From assembly GCA_040081625.1 (NCBI GenBank), contig JBEBGD010000006.1, forward strand, positions 42,926 through 106,925: 64,000 nt of DNA. Direction: 5' to 3'. Source of the DNA: Chthoniobacteraceae bacterium. Lineage in GTDB: Bacteria > Verrucomicrobiota > Verrucomicrobiia > Chthoniobacterales > Chthoniobacteraceae. Positions 19,848 to 29,628 of this stretch are shown here, one piece after another. Below the pieces are notes generated by a model. That model was not told the DNA's origin. It saw only the letters and a list, made by a program, of their open reading frames with translations, and did not search any database. Numbering within the stretch: position 1 is the first letter of the stretch; each line of letters opens with the position of its first letter. Position numbers and translations under genes: made by a program.

Positions 19848-20855
19848 ATGCCCCGTCCAAGAGCCAGTGTTCGTCTCACCAAAACTCAGCAATTCTCCAG
19901 GCCGCCTTTGGCGCGAATGCTCCAGCTTCATCAGCAGTTGCAAGCTGGGCGGTTCCCGAACTGCCGCAAGCTGGCTGACGAACTGGAGGTTTCGAGCAAG
20001 ACCATTCAGCGGGACATCGAGTTCATGCGGTATCAACTCGGACTGCCGATCGAATACGACCAACTCCACTTTGGCTTCTTCTACACGGAACCGGTGACTC
20101 ACTTCCCGAGCATCGAGGTGTCCGAAGGCGAAATCGTCGCTCTTTTCGTCGCGCAGAAGGCGCTGGGGCAATATCGCGGAACGTCTTTCGAGAAACCGCT
20201 GAAAGTGGCGTTTCAAAAGATCGCCGACGGGTTGCAGGACAAAGTGGCGTTCCAGTGGAGCGACCTTGAATCTTCCATTTCGTTCCGCGGCCTCGGAACG
20301 ACCATCGCGGATTTGGAGATGTTCGAGACGGTCAGCAGTGCGGTGCTCAAATCCCACGAGATCACGTTCGAGTATCGGAAACTCGGCAGCAACACCTACG
20401 AGGCGCGGCGAGTGCAGCCCTACCATCTCGGCTGCATTGACCAGCAATGGTATCTTTTCGCTCACGATCTCGCGCGCAAGCAACTGCGGACCTTCGTGCT
20501 CTCGCGGATGCGCAAGGTCCAGAATACCCGGACGCGATTTCACCGACCGGCGGACTTTTCGATCAGTAAGCACCTCGGCGATAGCCTCGGCGTGTTCACG
20601 GCGAAAGGTCGCGTCAAAGTGCGCGTCCGCTTCGATGACTTCGCCGCTCGTCTCGTTAGCGAGCGCCTGTGGCACAACTCGCAGCGCATCCGAGACCTTG
20701 GCGACGGCGCGATTGAGCTGAGTCTTGAACTGGCGAGTCTCGAAGAAGTCGAACGCTGGATTCTGAGTTGGGGCGCGCACGCTCGCGTGCTCGAACCCGT
20801 CGCGTTGCAAAATCTCGTTCGCTCTGCGGCGGAAGGTGTGCTCGCGGCATACTGA
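19848..20855 (+). CDS. HTH-WYL-WCX transcriptional regulator (PafBC/DriD-like architecture)
   Basis: LADELEVSSKTIQRDIEFMR HTH; RRVQPYHL..WYL..RTFVLSRM; WILSWGAHARVLEP. Confidence 0.92.
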   Translation: MPRPRASVRLTKTQQFSRPPLARMLQLHQQLQAGRFPNCRKLADELEVSSKTIQRDIEFMRYQLGLPIEYDQLHFGFFYTEPVTHFPSIEVSEGEIVALFVAQKALGQYRGTSFEKPLKVAFQKIADGLQDKVAFQWSDLESSISFRGLGTTIADLEMFETVSSAVLKSHEITFEYRKLGSNTYEARRVQPYHLGCIDQQWYLFAHDLARKQLRTFVLSRMRKVQNTRTRFHRPADFSISKHLGDSLGVFTAKGRVKVRVRFDDFAARLVSERLWHNSQRIRDLGDGAIELSLELASLEEVERWILSWGAHARVLEPVALQNLVRSAAEGVLAAY

Positions 20856-20886
20856 CGGCCTGACGCGAGATTTTTCATAAAAGATG

Positions 20887-20918
20887 ACCGGTAGGACGGC
20901 GATTGTCCCACCACCGGT
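20887..20918. promoter_or_regulatory. Candidate WYL-regulator operator (GGAC-N7-GTCC flanked by ACCGGT)
   Basis: Palindromic TAGGAC-ggcgatt-GTCCCA at 20892-20910, just upstream of ATG 20933. Confidence 0.45.
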
Positions 20919-20932
20919 GCTACGGTTCCGGC

Positions 20933-21880
20933 ATGAACCTGAATCAGATCTCCATCGCCGGCCCCTACACGCACGACAACCTCAGCATGTATTTGCTGCT
21001 CGGCAGCGACACATTCGACGGCAATCGCTTCATTCCTCTCGACGACGCGCTGGAGCAGAAATGCGTCGTGGTTCACGAAACCGGCAACGTCGGGGAGCTT
21101 GAAGTGGAGAATCTTTCCGAGTTTTTCGACCTCTACATTCAGGCCGGTGACGTGGTGAAGGGCGGACGCCAGGATCGCACGCTGGGCGTGGATTTTGTCC
21201 TGCCTGCAAAATCCGGGCGCGTGCCGATCCCATCATTCTGCGTCGAGAGCGGCCGTTGGCACCGACGGGCTGCGGAGGAGGCTGGCTCGTTCTCCAGCTC
21301 AAAATCGTATCTTTCGAGCAAGAAGCTGCGCATGGCCGCGAAGCTCAGCAAGAGCCAGGGCGAAGTCTGGCAGAAAGTTGCCGAAACGCAGGAGGACTTG
21401 AGCGAGAGCCTCGACAAGCCGCTCTACGCGGCTGCTTCGCCGACGAGCTACCAGTTGACGGTCGAGGACGAAGACCTGCAAAAGCGCAAGGAGACCTACC
21501 GCACGGCATTCGCGAAAATCCTCGACGACCAGCCACGCGCGGTCGGCTACGCGTTCGTGATCAACGGCGCGATCAACACCGCCGACGCCTACGGGTCCGG
21601 CGCGCTGTTTCGGAAGTTGTGGAGCAAGCTGCTCGATGCCGCGGTGCTGGAAGCCATCGGTGAGCTTCGCAGAAAGTCGGAAACCCCGCAGACCCCAGTA
21701 ACCTCAGACGTGATCCAGCAATGGTTCGTCGAGGCGGAACGCGCCGGCATCTCCGGGCAGCAGGAAGTCCCGCCGCGCGTGCGCGTGGACACACGGCGCG
21801 GCGAAAAGACCATCGTGTTCGATACGTGCGACCACGGGTTCAACGACGCCGTGCTCCACAAGAATCTCGTCACGAACTGA
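20933..21880 (+). CDS. ARPP-1 (DUF6569) domain protein
   Basis: VHETGNVGELEVEN, GDVVKGGRQDR, SFCVESGRW, QGEVW, LFRKLWSKLL. Confidence 0.75.
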   Translation: MNLNQISIAGPYTHDNLSMYLLLGSDTFDGNRFIPLDDALEQKCVVVHETGNVGELEVENLSEFFDLYIQAGDVVKGGRQDRTLGVDFVLPAKSGRVPIPSFCVESGRWHRRAAEEAGSFSSSKSYLSSKKLRMAAKLSKSQGEVWQKVAETQEDLSESLDKPLYAAASPTSYQLTVEDEDLQKRKETYRTAFAKILDDQPRAVGYAFVINGAINTADAYGSGALFRKLWSKLLDAAVLEAIGELRRKSETPQTPVTSDVIQQWFVEAERAGISGQQEVPPRVRVDTRRGEKTIVFDTCDHGFNDAVLHKNLVTN

Positions 21881-21899
21881 ACCAACGAAATCTTCCACC

Positions 21900-22874
21900 A
21901 TGCCGCGATTGAACAATCTCAATGACGTCCTGTTCCCCGTAGCCGAGCACCCGGTCTTCGTCAGCGTGCCCGATGGCGACAGCGAGCGCCGCGTGTCTGT
22001 GCCGGAAAAGAAGGCCATCGTGAACATGACGCGCAACCGCGTGCTCGGCATCGTCAGCCGCGACTACCGGCTCGTGAGCAATCGAGAGGCGCTCGACTGG
22101 GCCGCTCAATGCTGCCGCACCGTCTTCCCCGAGACGCAATCCGCCGAGTGGGACGTGAGCGCGACTGATGCGCCCTCCACCGGCGGCCACTGCACCATTG
22201 ACCTCAAGCACAACTCCACCGCACTCGACTTCAGCTTCGTGCCGCCGCACCAGCGCCCCGAGGCGTTCGGCCCATTCATCCGCGTGACCAACAGCTACAA
22301 CGGACTTCGCGCACTCGGCTTCGACATCGGGTTCTTCCGGAAGGTCTGCAAAAACGGCATGATCGTCCCCGGCACGATCATCCAATTCAAATTCACGCAC
22401 CTCCGCCGCGATCTCGGCGAGACGATCACCTTCGACGTGGCGCGCGACCGCCTGGCGAAAGTGAAAAGCAGCTTCAGCGAATATCTCGGCGCGCTCAGCG
22501 ATTGCACCGTCGCACACGCCGACTTCGCGCCGATGCTCATGGCCGTCATGCGCATCAAAGCGCCCGCCCCGCTTGAGCCCGAGAGCACCGAGGCCACCGA
22601 GTGGACCGCACTCGACGCCCACATCCACGAGATCGCCGACCGCTACTTCCACGAACTCGGCGGCAACGCCTACGCCGTCTTCAACACCATCACTGACTTC
22701 GCCTCGCACCCGCCCGCGAACCGCCTGCTGCACCGCGACCGCCACAGCCTCCAGCGCCGCGCCGGTCTTTGGCTCGCCGATTTCAGCCAAAAATGCCGCC
22801 AGCCCGACTTCGCCATTCGCGCCTACGTCGAGAAACTGAACCTCAACCCCGACATCGAAGCCTCTCTCTCGTGA
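21900..22874 (+). CDS. DUF932 domain protein
   Basis: LGIVSRDYRLVSNREA, TNSYNG, FRKVCKNGMI, AVFNTITDF. Confidence 0.75.
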   Translation: MPRLNNLNDVLFPVAEHPVFVSVPDGDSERRVSVPEKKAIVNMTRNRVLGIVSRDYRLVSNREALDWAAQCCRTVFPETQSAEWDVSATDAPSTGGHCTIDLKHNSTALDFSFVPPHQRPEAFGPFIRVTNSYNGLRALGFDIGFFRKVCKNGMIVPGTIIQFKFTHLRRDLGETITFDVARDRLAKVKSSFSEYLGALSDCTVAHADFAPMLMAVMRIKAPAPLEPESTEATEWTALDAHIHEIADRYFHELGGNAYAVFNTITDFASHPPANRLLHRDRHSLQRRAGLWLADFSQKCRQPDFAIRAYVEKLNLNPDIEASLS

Positions 22875-25069
22875 GCAGCCCCAGCGCGCATGGACAGCTT
22901 GACGTTTCCGGTGAATCCGGGCGCACTCCTGCTCGCACGGCTACCGTCTTTGAAATGGCCCCGACGTCTCTCCGCAATTTGATGCTGCCGCCGGCAGCAA
23001 ACGGTCATCCTGAGAATCTAAATCGGGAGCTACTAGCGTCCCTTTTTGCCGTCCCTCAAAGCGTCGTCTTGATTTGCTCTGAGCCAAACCCCGTGCGCCT
23101 CGCCCAGCTCACCCTTGGGCTTGGCGCGTTCGTGCGCGACGACACCGATCTCACTTTGCTCGTCGCGGTTGATGACGATGCAGAGAATTCCTCCGCGTCG
23201 GAGAAACTGCGGCAGACATGGCGGGCCGCACTCGACAGCGAACCCGTGGCGCGGCGGCTCTCGCTCTACCGATTGTTCGCGGAAAAGAATCGGCTTCGGA
23301 TTCTCTTTCGTTCGACAGCGGCGCGGGGAGAAAGCAACGCGCTGCATCTCCACCTCGCGGAATCGCCCGCCATCGCGCTCCTGTCCGACGCGGCAGGGAC
23401 GCAGGTGGAGCTGATGTGGAAAATGCTGCTGACCTTCGACACTCGCGAAGATGTCGCGGCAGAACTTCGCTGGTCGTTCGGAGATCCGATGCAACGTGTT
23501 GAGCAACTCAGGTCCGCACTCATAAAGATCGCAGACGAACCATCCGCCGATCCTCAAGCCGAGACGACCTTGTCCGAACTCATCGCCGCGTTGCCGCTGC
23601 CGCCCTTGCCCTGGGAGGAAACATTCGATCTCCAGACCGATACCGGCGTCAGGTTATTTCCTCACCAACGAACCGCCGTCGATACGTGGTTTGAAAACGG
23701 CCGCCACGGGATCTTCAAAATGTGCACCGGCGCCGGAAAGACAATTGCGGCACTGGCCGCCGTGTCGGAATCCGCAAAGAAAGCGACGGAAGCCGGCGGA
23801 AAGCCGCTGCCGGTAATCGTGTCGGTGCCGACGCGTGTCCTTGCGGATCAGTGGTGTCGCGAGATCGAGCGATTCGGATTCTCGCAACCGCTCAGGGCTT
23901 ACAACGCCAAGCAAACGTGGCATCCGAAGCTGCGCGCCATGCTTCGCGCTTCCAATGGCGCGCTCCCAAACTTTGTTGTCTCCACTTACTGCACATTTGG
24001 CAACGAGGCGTTCGTCGCGATCGTGAAACAACTCGAGCAGGAGGGACAACGCTGTCTTTGGATCGCAGACGAAATGCACAATCTCGCTTCGACTCGTCTG
24101 CTCGACCAAATGGACGACCTCGGTGGTTATTTCACCGAACGCATCGGGCTGAGTGCGACGCCGGAAATTGAAAATGAAGGCGCAAAGACTCGGCGTATGT
24201 TTCAGTTTTTCGAGGATGGTCGGCAGACCACCTGTGGCCATTACGAGCTGGCGGACGGCATCCGTGATGGAGTGCTATGTCGCTACCGCTACTATCCGTT
24301 TCCTCAATACCTCCAACCGGAGAACAGCGAGAAATTCATGGCGATCCTCAACGACTTGGAACAGCAGGAGGCGTCCGGACGAATCGACATCAACCTCTAC
24401 CGCCAAAAGCGTGAAATCGTCCGCACGTCTGGCGTTCAGGTGGAAGCATTTCGCAGGCTCCTCCAGAACTTCCTGCGGGACGGAAAACAGACGCTTCGCC
24501 ACACGCTCATCTATTGCCCGCCGGGTTACGGCACGAGCGGCAGCGAGTTAGACGCATCGGCGTCTGACGACGCAGCCGATGAGCGTGATGAAGACCGTTT
24601 GCTAACGGAGGTCGTTCAAATCCTAAGAGCGCACGACATCACAGTAGGCAGCATTATCGGTGAGACGCCACAGCACGAGCGAAACGACATTCTCCGCGAT
24701 TTCCGCTCTGGAGACATTCAAGTGCTCTGCGCGGTCGCGTGTCTCGATGAGGGCGTGGATGTGCCAGACATCCGCCGCGCGATTGTTCTCTACAGCGTGA
24801 ACCGGGAGAAGCAGTTCATCCAGCGGCGGGGGCGCATCCTCCGGAGGCACCCGACCGATACTGGAAAAGTCGCGGAGATTCACGATGTCCTCATTCTCCC
24901 GCAGGGAAGCACCTTGCCGCCGTCCAGAGCAGACGAGCTGCTGAAGCGCGAGATGCGCCGCTACCACCATTTTGCCGGATTGTCCGAGAACCGCGCGGAA
25001 GCTGACGGCTTCCTCGAAATCGCACTGCGCGGAGCTGCACAGCCGGTGGCTGCGACGGTGCAAATCTGA
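22871..25069 (+). CDS. SF2 (ResIII-type) helicase, PbeA-like copy 1; divergent N-terminus with no HKD motif
   Basis: LFPHQ, MCTGAGKT, IADEMHN, GLSATP, CLDEGVDVP, QFIQRRGRILR; start uncertain (22871 or 22955). Confidence 0.85.
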   Translation: MSSPSAHGQLDVSGESGRTPARTATVFEMAPTSLRNLMLPPAANGHPENLNRELLASLFAVPQSVVLICSEPNPVRLAQLTLGLGAFVRDDTDLTLLVAVDDDAENSSASEKLRQTWRAALDSEPVARRLSLYRLFAEKNRLRILFRSTAARGESNALHLHLAESPAIALLSDAAGTQVELMWKMLLTFDTREDVAAELRWSFGDPMQRVEQLRSALIKIADEPSADPQAETTLSELIAALPLPPLPWEETFDLQTDTGVRLFPHQRTAVDTWFENGRHGIFKMCTGAGKTIAALAAVSESAKKATEAGGKPLPVIVSVPTRVLADQWCREIERFGFSQPLRAYNAKQTWHPKLRAMLRASNGALPNFVVSTYCTFGNEAFVAIVKQLEQEGQRCLWIADEMHNLASTRLLDQMDDLGGYFTERIGLSATPEIENEGAKTRRMFQFFEDGRQTTCGHYELADGIRDGVLCRYRYYPFPQYLQPENSEKFMAILNDLEQQEASGRIDINLYRQKREIVRTSGVQVEAFRRLLQNFLRDGKQTLRHTLIYCPPGYGTSGSELDASASDDAADERDEDRLLTEVVQILRAHDITVGSIIGETPQHERNDILRDFRSGDIQVLCAVACLDEGVDVPDIRRAIVLYSVNREKQFIQRRGRILRRHPTDTGKVAEIHDVLILPQGSTLPPSRADELLKREMRRYHHFAGLSENRAEADGFLEIALRGAAQPVAATVQI

Positions 25070-25076
25070 AACCACT

Positions 25077-25265
25077 ATGCCACGCAAGACTGACGACGAA
25101 ATGAACCTGAGCGAACTGGAGGAACTGCTCGAGAAGAGTCCGCCAGCGATCAGGCAGCTCTTCGTAAAAGCCATCAACATTTATGCCGACCCGATGAAGA
25201 ACGCGGAGGACGACGATCAGAAGCGTGACGCACTCCAAGCCGCCATCGAACAAACGGCGAAGTAA
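25077..25265 (+). CDS. Small helical protein, PbeB-like by position (copy 1)
   Basis: 62 aa, between helicase and ATPase; same position as 34295-34480. Confidence 0.6.
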   Translation: MPRKTDDEMNLSELEELLEKSPPAIRQLFVKAINIYADPMKNAEDDDQKRDALQAAIEQTAK

Positions 25266-25272
25266 CTCGGCC

Positions 25273-27405
25273 ATGCTAATCCGAAAAATCACTTTGAAGC
25301 ACTTCCTGACTCTCTACGGGGAGCAGACTATTCAGTTTCCGGAAACAAGCGGGCATTCAACAGCGGTCATCCTTGGGCCGAACAACAGCGGCAAGAGCAG
25401 CTTCGTCAAAGCTCTTCAATTTCTGCTCCACGCGCGCTTGCCCGGTTGCAACGAGGACACCGCCTGGCTGCTGATCAACAACCGCCATAGAGAGGAGACG
25501 GGCGTCCAGGCCGAGATTACCGCGAGTGTCACCGCCACGTTCGCGTTTGGTGGCAACGAACTGACCATTCGGCGCACCGTGCGCTCGCGACGCACAGGAG
25601 CGACCGAAGACAGTTTCGGCGACGCCGAGATCACCTTCAGTTACCTCCAAAGCACCGAGACGAACAGCAAGTTCGTCGCGGATTCTGATCATACAATTCA
25701 GCGCAAGATTTCGGTTCTCTGCCCAGACACACTGCTCGAAGCGTTCTTCTTCTCGGGCGAGCCCCTTGACGGGAAGCTGCTCAAAGGCGTGCAGCAAGTG
25801 CGCGAGTCATTGGAGGAATATCTCAGCATCCGTCAATGGCGCGACGCAGCCGAGGCCGCGCGCGAGTTGCGCACCCATTACGCGGGCGAGAAGCAGAAGC
25901 TCGCGCAGAAGCACCGCGAGTTGGATACGATTCTCCGTGACGAGGCGAATCTCCAAACGCGAATCGACGAAAAGAGGCGTCTGAAAACCCAGACCGACGC
26001 GACGCTGATCGACATGCGCGAAGCTCTTGAAGAAAAGCAGGCGGCAATTCTCGGCATCGCCAACCAAAACCAAATGCGGGCCGACGTGGAAGAGCGCGAC
26101 CGCCTGAACCTCCAACTCAAGACGCACGAGCAATCGCACGAAAATGCAAAAGGCGAGATTTGCGAGGCGGTCGGCAGGTCAGCCGGCTATCCATTCCTGC
26201 TTCGCTTCGCGGGCAAGGCCCAGAAGATCCTCAGCCGCCTGCAAGAGGAAAATGTTCTCCCGGCCGATCTATCCAGCGGATTCGTGAACCGTGTGGTGAA
26301 AATGAAGAAGTGCATCTGTAAGCGCGATCACACTGACGAGACGCGCGCTGCCTGGCACGAATACTTGGAGAAGGCACTGAGAGCCGATGTCGGGACAAAG
26401 CTGGCCACCTTGAGCGCACGGGTTGATCCGAACGCTCCAAATTGTCTCCAACGAAACGTGGCAGAAATCGCGGCGCAGATCATTGACGCCCGCGACCGTG
26501 CAGAGGCGGACATCGTGGCCAGACACAACCTGGAAGGCAGCATTGCCGTCCTGACTCAGCGGATACAAGAAAGCCCAATCGAGGAGTTACGCCGCCTCGA
26601 AATAGACCGGCGGAAGTTGGATGTATCGGTCAAGGAGACTGGGAAGCGGATCGAAACCCTCGAAGACGAGTTGAAGTCACTCGTTGCGACGCTGAAGAAG
26701 AAGAAAGAGGAGCGCGCAAAGATGAAGATTAGCCCCGACGTCGAGCGGCGTGTGCGGGAACTCGAGCGATACCAGACGATGGCCGATGGGCTCGCGGATT
26801 TTATCGACCAGGCAATCGAGGCTCTCCGCCGCCAATTCCACAAGAATCTGCAAGAGGCGATGACCGAGATGTATGACGAGCATGTGACCGACCAAACCAT
26901 CGCTCTTATCAACCACACGACGCTTCTCCCAACGATCATGCAAAACGGACGACGCGTAACCAACCTCGGTGGCGGGCAGAGCCAGCTTCTTGGCCTTGGA
27001 TACATCACGGCTGTGGCCCGGTTGCGAAACGCACTTCATGAAGGGATGAGCCAACTCGGAATCAGACTCGGCGTTGTGGGAGAGCAGGCGTTTGTCCTCG
27101 ACTGTCCGTTCTCGGGCATGGAGCAGCATTATATCGAGGCCGCAGTGAAGGGACTTTGTTCTGCGGCAAAGCAGACCGTGTTTCTACTTCATGGTTCGCA
27201 GTGGTTGGCGGCGAGGAAGCTGTTGGAGCCCGTCACAAAAACGGCCTGGGGCGTCCATATGCACGCTCCTAGTGCAGTGATTGAGAAACTGAAACCCGAG
27301 GATCGCACCTACCCCTTTCGCGGGAAGGACACGGTTCTCGCCAGCGTCAGCCGCGCTGGCGGTGAAGCGATCTACTCTGAACTCGAACCTCTGAAGGGAG
27401 CGTAA
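25273..27405 (+). CDS. Rad50/DndD-like ATPase with CxC hook, PbeC-like copy 1
   Basis: GPNNSGKSS, FFFSGE, coiled coils, KCICKR, LGGGQ, VLDCPF. Confidence 0.85.
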   Translation: MLIRKITLKHFLTLYGEQTIQFPETSGHSTAVILGPNNSGKSSFVKALQFLLHARLPGCNEDTAWLLINNRHREETGVQAEITASVTATFAFGGNELTIRRTVRSRRTGATEDSFGDAEITFSYLQSTETNSKFVADSDHTIQRKISVLCPDTLLEAFFFSGEPLDGKLLKGVQQVRESLEEYLSIRQWRDAAEAARELRTHYAGEKQKLAQKHRELDTILRDEANLQTRIDEKRRLKTQTDATLIDMREALEEKQAAILGIANQNQMRADVEERDRLNLQLKTHEQSHENAKGEICEAVGRSAGYPFLLRFAGKAQKILSRLQEENVLPADLSSGFVNRVVKMKKCICKRDHTDETRAAWHEYLEKALRADVGTKLATLSARVDPNAPNCLQRNVAEIAAQIIDARDRAEADIVARHNLEGSIAVLTQRIQESPIEELRRLEIDRRKLDVSVKETGKRIETLEDELKSLVATLKKKKEERAKMKISPDVERRVRELERYQTMADGLADFIDQAIEALRRQFHKNLQEAMTEMYDEHVTDQTIALINHTTLLPTIMQNGRRVTNLGGGQSQLLGLGYITAVARLRNALHEGMSQLGIRLGVVGEQAFVLDCPFSGMEQHYIEAAVKGLCSAAKQTVFLLHGSQWLAARKLLEPVTKTAWGVHMHAPSAVIEKLKPEDRTYPFRGKDTVLASVSRAGGEAIYSELEPLKGA

Positions 27406-27407
27406 CT

Positions 27408-27854
27408 ATGGCCGCCGTTCATCTGCCCGCTGTCCTTGAACCAATTCTCCCCTTCGTCCGAAAGACGCAGGGGCGAAAGCCCAACGCCTGCTTTGAAACC
27501 TACGCTCATCTCGTGACCTTCGCTGCGGCCTTGGGCTTTAGCGTGCTCGAAGGGAGCCCACCGCCAACAGGCGCAAAACGATCCTCACTGATCGATCCAG
27601 TCGCGTGGGAGTATTTTAGCGGTGACCGCCAGCAGACCACGATTCAACTCATTGGTCTCGTTGCAGGAGGCGGAACAGAAATCGTGAACGATCCCGAGCG
27701 CCTTTGCCGAATGATCGAAGACCTCGCTGCGGAGGGCGGCAAGGAACTCGTCAAAATCCACAAGAACTGCGGAGACGCCTCGTTCCATTTGGAACTAGGC
27801 GAACTGCTGGTGAATGCCGCGAAGGAATCCCAGGCAGAAGCCGCAACCATCTAG
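27408..27854 (+). CDS. Dnd-associated protein 4-like / PbeD-like copy 1
   Basis: FETYAHLVTFAAALGF and IEDLAAEGG parallel the motifs in 36561-37004. Confidence 0.65.
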   Translation: MAAVHLPAVLEPILPFVRKTQGRKPNACFETYAHLVTFAAALGFSVLEGSPPPTGAKRSSLIDPVAWEYFSGDRQQTTIQLIGLVAGGGTEIVNDPERLCRMIEDLAAEGGKELVKIHKNCGDASFHLELGELLVNAAKESQAEAATI

Positions 27855-27858
27855 TCCT

Positions 27859-29613
27859 ATGCCAATCGAACGCACGGGCAAATGCCCGACATTCAGGGAA
27901 TACGTCACCGAACAAGCCCTGCTGCCTCGTGCGCGGGAGCCGCACACCGACCTACTCGATCTCTCACGGTATGGCTCACGGTGGATCGACATCCCCAGCT
28001 ACCAGCGCGGCCTCGTTTGGGACGACGAACTTTTTGAAACTCTGCTGTTCAGTCGCTCGATCTTCCTCGGCAATGCGACTCTCGGATCATTCCCGGTGCC
28101 AAACCGTGAGGGAGCTTTTGGACGACTGCCTCAAAACGTGAATACCTACGAGGTGTTGGTTGACGGCTTGCAACGCTTCTCCATCGGCACGGCACTTCTC
28201 AGTATTCTGCATCCGATGGTGCTGAGCGCCGAACCACTGCGCGCTGATGCGGCCGGGTGGTTCAATCTTCTGCGGATGCAAGTCGGGGCGCGTGCTCCGA
28301 TTTATCAACACAACGACTTTGAGCTGCAAAATCATCCGCGTCGCGCGGTGGCTGACAGCTACCGCATCTTTCGCCGGGTTTTGGAAGCCTGGCTGATTGA
28401 TCGTTTCGAGCGCGGAGAGGCGCAGCCGCTCGCGGAAGAAATTCAGCGACTCTTTCTAGGTCGGCAGATCGCGCCAGACACTTACTTCGGTTTCAGCAGC
28501 CCGACTGAAGTGGCGAATACCTTCATCGGCCTGAACACAGTTCGCGTGCAGTTGAACATCGTGGATTGGCTTCGCTCCATTGTCATCGACCGCGGCACCA
28601 TGTCGGGTTGGAGCGCAGCGGAGACCGAGACACTCGAAAACCGATTCACGGAAATCTTCGTGCGCGAGAAGGGCGACGCGCCGGAGCAGGATCTCATTCC
28701 GCTCGCATCAATCATCAAGGAGATCCTCGCGGACGGGCCTGTTCCGGAGCGTCTGCGAGTCTTTCCAAGCTGGGAGGCTGGCCTTTCGATAGACGAGGTC
28801 TATCGCTTCCTCCGATTCGTTGAGGAAATTTTCGACCACGACGCCGATCCATACGCGCGCGAGATCCGGCAGTGTGGCGCCATTCCGTTCGCTGGCCTCA
28901 TCCTGTATTACTACCGCCGTTTCCTGGCGGACGGCAGCAAGCCCTCGTTCCTGACCGGCGGAAATGTCGAGGATGCCTCACTGCGCGAATACCTGCGCGC
29001 CTACTACCGCGTTGTCTTCGAGGGGAAGGTTGCGCGAACCCGAGAGTTCGCCCGCCGGCTGTTGCTCAGCAGCGATTCTATTGAAACAGTCGCCAATGCG
29101 CTGTCGGTTCAGTTTCACCAACGCCCGTTGTCGCAGCCGGTGGATCGTGACCGACTCGTCGCGTCGTTGAAGAAGGCCGACATGAAGCGCGGACGGCAAA
29201 TCTTCAATGCGTGCTTGCTACCGATCCGAGGATCGAATGATGCATTTCAACCGCTTCGGTTCGGCAAGAAATCGCAGCACTACCAGATCGACCATTTGAT
29301 TCCGCAGAGCGTGGTGAGAGAGAGCGCCCATCTGCCCGGTGGACCGGAAGGCGAGTTGCTGTTCAACTTTGCTCCGATCAGAAAGACGACAAACGTCTCT
29401 GCACTGAATATCCAGTGCTCCGCGAAGCTCGCCACGGGAGGAGTCTATGCGTCGGAGCAAGGCGCGCATCCCTACGTGGAATGGCTCGTGGCTGCGCAGG
29501 GACAGTTTTGGAATCAACTAGATCGCCTGGAACTCCTCCAATCTCTCGCAACTCCACCGATCGGAGATCAGCGCATCCAATGGCTCGCAGATCGGCTGCT
29601 TGAGCGGCTGTAA
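27859..29613 (+). CDS. DUF262 (ParB/GmrS-like) protein with C-terminal HNH-like segment (GmrSD-like)
   Basis: IPSYQRGLVW, VDGLQR, FIGLN; C-terminal IDHLIPQS..N. Confidence 0.75.
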   Translation: MPIERTGKCPTFREYVTEQALLPRAREPHTDLLDLSRYGSRWIDIPSYQRGLVWDDELFETLLFSRSIFLGNATLGSFPVPNREGAFGRLPQNVNTYEVLVDGLQRFSIGTALLSILHPMVLSAEPLRADAAGWFNLLRMQVGARAPIYQHNDFELQNHPRRAVADSYRIFRRVLEAWLIDRFERGEAQPLAEEIQRLFLGRQIAPDTYFGFSSPTEVANTFIGLNTVRVQLNIVDWLRSIVIDRGTMSGWSAAETETLENRFTEIFVREKGDAPEQDLIPLASIIKEILADGPVPERLRVFPSWEAGLSIDEVYRFLRFVEEIFDHDADPYAREIRQCGAIPFAGLILYYYRRFLADGSKPSFLTGGNVEDASLREYLRAYYRVVFEGKVARTREFARRLLLSSDSIETVANALSVQFHQRPLSQPVDRDRLVASLKKADMKRGRQIFNACLLPIRGSNDAFQPLRFGKKSQHYQIDHLIPQSVVRESAHLPGGPEGELLFNFAPIRKTTNVSALNIQCSAKLATGGVYASEQGAHPYVEWLVAAQGQFWNQLDRLELLQSLATPPIGDQRIQWLADRLLERL

Positions 29614-29628
29614 CGCCCTCGCGATGCG

